In this document: positions 56,099 through 64,000 of the stretch, piece by piece
Position numbering within the stretch: the stretch's first letter is position 1
Layout of the letters: the number at the start of each line of letters is the position of its first letter
Assembly: GCF_009914755.1 (NCBI RefSeq)
Contig: NC_060936.1
DNA length: 64,000 nucleotides
Reading direction: 5' to 3' (one strand)
Source of the DNA: the human T2T-CHM13v2.0 reference genome, Homo sapiens
Made by a program: the position numbers and the translations under genes
The notes under the pieces: generated by a model
Told to the model about the DNA's origin: nothing
Seen by the model: the letters and a program-made list of their open reading frames with translations, nothing else
Database searches by the model: none

Positions 56099-56479
56099 TC
56101 CAGAAAGACAGAACATAATGGATTTCTTTAAATCCAAGGAGTCTGAGACTCCACATCAGAACCTCTAGAAAAATAGGTAAATCTTACCAAAATTTAGAAT
56201 TTTTTGGGTCACAATGAAGTTGTAACCCAAACCAAATTGCTCATCTATAGGGAAAAAAAAACAAAACAAAACATCATGAATGCCTCAGAAACAATGGGAT
56301 GCATTTTGGATTGGCATATAGATGCTTCTAAGCACTGTATCTGTCTCTCTATCCTCCTCTGTACTCTGAATCTGCTAACATTTTTACTGGTTTGCTTGCC
56401 TCCCCCCAACAAAGAGTTGGTGGAGAAACAGCTAGATAAGTGATTGCTAATGACAGGTTCTCAGATCAACCAGGTATGC

Positions 56480-56843
<364 letters not shown>

Positions 56844-57173
56844 TAATGAAAGGTATCCCTGTTGGCAAAGGAAAGGCTTTGTCTGTCCTATGCATTAATG
56901 AGTTTCACCCTAAACTTAGTAATCTAGTTAAATCCATGTTGATAGGATCCAGAGAAGCTCAAATTGGACGCAAGAGTCAGAATGGTACTGCCTTTAGGAT
57001 ATTAGTGATCACAAACCCCTATCTGGCCCATGTATGAGCCAGTAAAAGAAACACACACACACACAGTCTTTTGAAAGCCATTCCTAAAGTGTTTCCTGTC
57101 CATGCTGACTGATCCATCAACTAGACCTGCAGAGAAAAGAAATTGCTACTGATTTCAAAGCCCACTTGGAGAA

Positions 57174-57403
57174 TATATTAGTCCATTCTCACATTGATAT
57201 AACCAACTACCTGAGATTGCAGAGTTTATGAAAAAAGAGGTTTAATTGACTCACAGTTCTTCAGGCTGTACAGGAAGCATGGATGAAGAAGCCTCAACAA
57301 ACTTACAATCATGGTGGAAGGCGAAGGGGAGGCAGGCACATCTTCACATAGCAGAGCAGGAGAGAGAGAACAAAGGGGGAAGTGCTACACATTTTTAAAC
57401 AAC
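57174..57403 (-). mobile_element. MSTA LTR, partial
   Basis: Colinear with the first ~240 bp of the 10758-11151 copy, then truncated. Confidence 0.85.
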
Positions 57404-57412
57404 TGTTAATGA

Positions 57413-57753
<341 letters not shown>

Positions 57754-58010
57754 TAAGTTAAAATACTTTAGCATTAATTGCTGAACATAAGTTTAAAGTA
57801 TATATATTTTGGCATCTCGTTTTTTATATGGAATAAAGAAGTTGAATGTGTATAAATCCATTAATTAAAGACATAAAAATTGTATTATGAGAGAATGTTT
57901 ATCTACAAAATGCTAATCTAAAGCAGTTAACAATGCCTACTAGCTTTTAGTAAAAGTTAAAGTTACTAAAAGTTAAAAATTCGGATCATTATATGTAATA
58001 CAAACTTCTA

Positions 58011-58445
<435 letters not shown>

Positions 58446-59638
58446 TTATATAAATAGGCCAAGTTTGATGAGACTAAATTTATTTGGTAATCAAATTATT
58501 CTTACTCTGATTATCTTCAGTAAAAATTTGGATGACTATAGAGAGAAAAACTATGTTTCAGAAGAAACTATAGTACACCTGTTATTAGATCGTGGCTCTA
58601 ATCATTGCTTTTGAGTTTTATTATTTACCTATAAATTAAACTGGATCTTGAATTGGTATAGATTCCCACAATCCAATTTTCTCCCACTTTCCTGACTTGG
58701 AATCACTAAAAAGAAGAACTGCTCTGTTTCTGAAACACGACAAGCTGTAGATCAACAATTGGATGTAATTTCAGAGGATATCCCTCATGCCTGACGTGTG
58801 GGCCACTCAGGAAGTTGCCTGAAATGTCCAATGCCATAAGCAGGGACACTCAAACTGCAAACCGGGAACATATGCCTTGAGCTAAAATCTAGAAACCTTC
58901 TTGACTAATTACCCTCTGGACTCAGAGCTGAATTTTTGGTTTATTTTCGTCATTGACCTTTGCTTTTCTTCTGTTTCTTTAGAAATAGTTGATTTGGTTC
59001 AAGGGGACCTTGATTAAGGGGCACACTCCACTTTCTTGGTACTATCCTCCTGATAGCCATCATTATAATCGTCGTGGCATGTTATATTTTCTCAAGGGTC
59101 TTAAATTTGTGTTTGCAGACATCGACAGTATGCCAGATGGTCTCACTGTGATCAGAGCAACAAAAATAAAATGAAAAACAAAAGGAATCTCTTCAACAAG
59201 CCTGATGCCTTAACTTATGAGTTCCACAGAGACAAAGACAACTCTGTCATGATGATCATACAGACTGACTCTCATGCCCGAAATGGTCAATCTCTCATAA
59301 ATAAGAGGCTCATCAAAAGGAGAGAATTATTTTTTTAAAAAAATCGAATTGGGAAGCCGTTGGTCTCACTTTAAATTCCTATATAAGCAGACCAAAGTGC
59401 AATGTCAACAGTAAACAGAAACTAGAAACTGCACCAATAAGAAACCACCAACTAACCTGTAACTAGAAACTTTCCACTCTAACCAATCAAAACTATTCTA
59501 TTTTTCTTGCTTCTACAAAGATTTCATAAAAATTTTCCCTTTCACCTCTCCCAGCAAAGTGCTAGCCACTTGAGGACTGGTATTGCCCGGATTCATGAAA
59601 CTGAATGCACAAATAGACTCTAAAATTTATTTTTACCA

Positions 59639-59890
59639 GCAAGAATTGAGGAAAGTGTAGAAATAGGAGGGAAATAAATGTGGCTATAAAAGTGTACATG
59701 AGGGATTGTGATGGAAATGTTCTGTATCTAGAGTGTATCAATATCAATATCCTGGTTGTGAAACAGTAGTATAATTTTGCAAGACAATACCATTGGGGAA
59801 AACAAGGTGAAGAATACCTGGAATCTCACTGTACTTTTTCTTACAATTGCATGTGAATCTACAATGACCTCAAAATAAAAAGTTAAATTT
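59639..59890 (+). mobile_element. L1MD 3' end (right part)
   Basis: gtgatggaaatgttctgtatct...caatatcctggttgtga...ttcttacaattgcatgtgaatctaca. Confidence 0.85.
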
Positions 59891-60024
59891 ATAAATTATA
59901 AGGTAAATATAGTTATTACTCCAGTTTACAACTAAGAAAACTAAGGCAGAATTCATTTACATGATTTGCTCATCATGACAGGATTATTAAGGAAGACTTA
60001 GAATTTGAACCATTTTGGTTTTGA

Positions 60025-60363
<339 letters not shown>

Positions 60364-61224
60364 CAATTCCTCACTCTTAATCCTGAATCTTTACACCTTT
60401 TACTTTTCTTCTGGCTGCATATGGTCCATAACTAAGTGGGATTTTGCTTATGATTATGCAAATTACATTTTAGAAAATAATCTTGTAACATTCCAAGATA
60501 ATCAATATTAGTAAACAGCAAGTTCAAGTTCACTACAAATTATTTCACACCATACATTAAATACCAATATTCGAACCCTCATAAATTATTATAAACATAA
60601 AAATGTGTATAATATAATATGTACGTACAAAATTAAATTTTTGTGAACTAGATATATGTGGATATTCTAATTCAAATTGTATTTCGTGCAATAGCTTACA
60701 AGGGCTACTTGCTTGTTTATAAAGGTAATGAAAAAGAGCAGCGTATTTTTCAAATAATTGCTTGTAGATCAAACAAAGTCAATGTAAGTCTCAATTCAGC
60801 CTTCAGTCTCAAGTAAGTCTCTTCATTAACGAGCATAATGATATAAAATCTATTTTAATTCTTAAACCATTAATGAGATTGATTTTTTGGTTATATTGAG
60901 GCAGCAGTTCTACATTGAAAATATTGTGACCTGACATGTTATCATGTTGTGTAACGTTTCTGTGAACAAAGATTTAAAGATATTCTAAATCTCTTCTTTA
61001 AAATCAAATATAAGTGGTGATAATTAATTGAAGTTATTTCCTTAACTTCTCACCTGTTTTTGTTTTCATTTTATTCTTACAACCTTATGAGGCAGAGAGA
61101 ATACGATCGACTATGCATGACAGATGAAGAGAGAGGCAGAGGAAGAACACCTAATCAGTCTACATTCTTCTAACTAATAACCTAAGTGAATGCTAAATTG
61201 AATAATGTCATTTGAAATAAAAAG

Positions 61225-61340
61225 TTTGTGAATTAGCCTGATTTAATTATTCACATTGTAAATATATACCAAAATATCACGTTGTACCCCACAAGTATAT
61301 GGAATTATTATTTGTCAATTAAAATTAAAATTTCAAAAGA
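61225..61340 (+). mobile_element. L1MA 3' end fragment
   Basis: aattagcctgatt...cacgttgtacccca...atttgtcaattaaaa. Confidence 0.75.
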
Positions 61341-61579
61341 AGAACATGAGAAAAAAAAATTCAGGTAGGTTTCCACAGAACAGAGTGACAAAATAATGAG
61401 TCAATATAGTGTAAACAAAAAGGTACCAGTATATAAAGCTGGTCCAGAAGTCATTTATTGAAGCACAACAGATCGATGATGAACTCTGTTTTTGTGGATT
61501 TAGGTAACAGTATCAATAGAGGTTAAACAAACAATAGTCGTCCATATCAGACTGTGACTGTGCTTAAATCCCCAAATGG

Positions 61580-61649
61580 TTATAGGGTCAATAGGCAACT
61601 TACACATTGCTCTTTTATAGGGTCAATAGTCAAGTTATACATTACCCTT
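61580..61649. repeat. Diverged 35-bp tandem duplication
   Basis: ttatagggtcaataggcaacttacacattgctctt versus ttatagggtcaatagtcaagttatacattaccctt (5 mismatches). Confidence 0.85.
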
Positions 61650-62679
61650 TTTCTGTCTCATTTTCCTAGCATATTAAGGAAAGAAGATGCTAGCAATTAC
61701 ATGTTGTTATTTTAAAAATGAGACAAGATACTTACATAAAATACCTAGTGAGTTACTGCCTCAATGCAAGTGTTGAGTCAGTGGTAGAAGCAGTGAACAT
61801 TGCAATTATGATCATCAATGAACAAAAAAGTTTTATGAAAGGAAAGAGGGGAGGAAACCTGTTATTAGCAGGAAAGCTAATAGTGGCAGTTGCTTTATAT
61901 TTGGTATGTCATTAACTCTAGACAAAGACATACAGATACTCCAAGTTGAAAGAATTTTTTAAAATGGGCATTTTGCCAAATTTTATCAAGGCATTTATTG
62001 AGTTAAAGAATGCATCAAGTATTTTGAACAGCACCTGACATACAGCAAATGTTCAGCATGTTAGCTCCTATTACTATCACTATTGCTAAGTAGTGAAGCA
62101 ATGATTAGAATCTGTTCTGTCTGACACCAGTGCACATCACACATCATAGAAGTGTTAATTAGCAGTGTTTTTGAGGTTAGGTTGTAAGTCATCTACAAAG
62201 AACAATAAATATCTACACTCAGGAGACTGGAGAGAAAAAAAAGTAAAATAAAGTCTATTTCATTTGTTCCCAAATTTACCATCACTAAAAGAAGTCTAAT
62301 TAAAGTTACTGAATTTCTATTAAGGACCAAACCATAAATAGATGTGATGATTTGGGGATGAATAATATACATTGTCTTGCTCCTCAGAGAGTTCATGGAT
62401 GAGTAGGAGCAACTAACATTTGGGCAAATAATCTTATGCAATGTGGCAGTTACCATAACAGAAATAGGTGAAGAATAATAGGATAATATATAATTAATTT
62501 TTTAGTAGAAGAAGAAAAACTACAAATGTTTCTAAAATCACTACCTATATATGAAAACTCACATATATGTGAAAAACTATGTATACATGCCATAAAGACA
62601 TAAATATATATACTCATTATATATATATAATAAGTAGTATTAAAGGAAGAAGGAGAGGAAACCTGTTATTAGTAGGAGT

Positions 62680-62733
62680 ATATATTATATAGAGAGATAG
62701 AGAGAGACTATATATATATACATATATATATAC

Positions 62734-62770
<37 letters not shown>
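62680..62770. repeat. Compound (TA)n/(GA)n microsatellite
   Basis: Direct reading. Confidence 0.9.
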
Positions 62771-63726
62771 CTCATTCATTCATTTTAAGCATGCTTGCAA
62801 GTCAGGGCACCACATTGTCATCATATGCCAATCATTGTATAATTACTTGATCCAAATGTCCAGTTGAAAATCAAACCAAGTAAGGTTTGATAAAACCCAG
62901 AAAGTAATCTAAGTCTTTTATATTGGGGTCATCTCTGACACATTTATTGCACTCAAGAAATATGATGTTCTCTAACATTATAAAAAAGGATTTTGAACAA
63001 AGTTAACATTGAAAACTTCATAGCCTATTATTTCTGTCATCTCTATATATTATCATTCATAAAAATTAGTCTCTGAAAGCAGAAATTCTATTGTCTTATG
63101 CTTTACATAACAGACTATTATTATCTGAAATTAGAAATAGTCTAGTAATAAATATATGAAGACATTTGCTACTGATTGCTTTGGGCAGACGTTTTGCTTG
63201 AGATATATTGATATTTGTCTTTATAAAGTTTAACTTCTGTACATTCCAAAACCACTACATTACCATGATGTTCTCATTTATGAGCTATCTCATGGAAAGT
63301 ATTCCATTTTTTGCAATGAAAGAAATGAGATGCCTTTCTCCAATCATTGTTACATTGTGCAGGTTTTTATATTTTCCTTTTTCAGCTTCCCACATCGCAT
63401 GTCATTATAACAACTACATTATAAACTAAAACAAGTGATTATATTGGAAAATAATGGGGCTTGGGAAGGAATAGTCTTCCATGCAATAATTTTTTCTCTG
63501 CAGAATAAAATATTCTAATTTGCTCCCGACTCAGTGCTTGAAATAATGGACATGATGTTTTCTAAAATTAAAAACAGTAAAGTGACAAGAAAAAAGAAAT
63601 TTAGAATATCATTTTAAATAATAAAACAGTCAATACTGCAAAAAGATAAACGATGCAAAGTAAACTCAAATGTTTGGAAACTGCATCGCCCAGACCCATC
63701 ACCATTTACCAAATAAGGTGTGTTCC

Positions 63727-63745
63727 ACTGGCCCTCTAGTGGTGA
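63727..63745 (-). promoter_or_regulatory. Candidate CTCF binding site
   Basis: Minus strand reads TCACCACTAGAGGGCCAGT; core CCACTAGAGGGC at 63731-63742, in apparently non-repeat sequence. Confidence 0.55.
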
Positions 63746-64000
63746 TGTGTTAGAATCATAGATTCTTCCACTCGAAGGGTAAAAAAAGCTGTCTTCTTTC
63801 AGAAGTACTAAAGTGAAACATGTTCCTGTAAATGCCATATTCTAGGAATGTATTTTTAAATCTCCGTGTGGGATGTAAGTAGAAAAATTTTCCTCAGCCA
63901 ATGTGGGGTTTCTTCTTGTACCCCTCAATAAAAGCTATGTCAAGTGAAGATGACAAATTGGGATACCACATGGTACATCATAATAACCCAGTACTTTTGC

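Noticed and set aside
61476-61560. ATGATGA box C motif suggesting a C/D snoRNA
   Set aside because: No CTGA box D at a suitable distance and no terminal stem; the same applies at ~43367.
63614-63838. 74-aa minus-strand ORF
   Set aside because: No recognisable protein or convincing splice context.

Overview
This is AT-rich primate genomic DNA, most likely human, inferred from Alu, L1PA, LTR12, MER and MLT content and a very young AluYk-like copy. It reads as an intergenic or deep-intronic region. I recognise no protein-coding exon, tRNA, rRNA, snRNA or CRISPR array. The longer ORFs in the track mostly come from repeats (L1 ORF2 remnants, antisense Alu, the GC-rich LTR12); the rest show no motif I recognise. 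The window is dominated by transposon fossils, many nested and with readable target-site duplications (TSDs): MER115 split by an L1PA; two Alus plus a MER51B LTR; a full ERV9/LTR12 solo LTR inside an AluJ; an AluY inside another Alu's linker; and a degenerate MER57-group provirus (tRNA-Leu primer-binding site, polypurine tract, 4-bp TSD) inside an L1MD. The most notable items are the LTR12 with an intact CCAAT/GC/TATA promoter but a mutated poly(A) signal, a young Alu with a mismatched TSD, several DNA-repair or template-switch scars, and a candidate CTCF site. I cannot support a previously undescribed biological system here. Subfamily names come from remembered consensus sequences and need RepeatMasker/Dfam confirmation; boundaries without a TSD are approximate.
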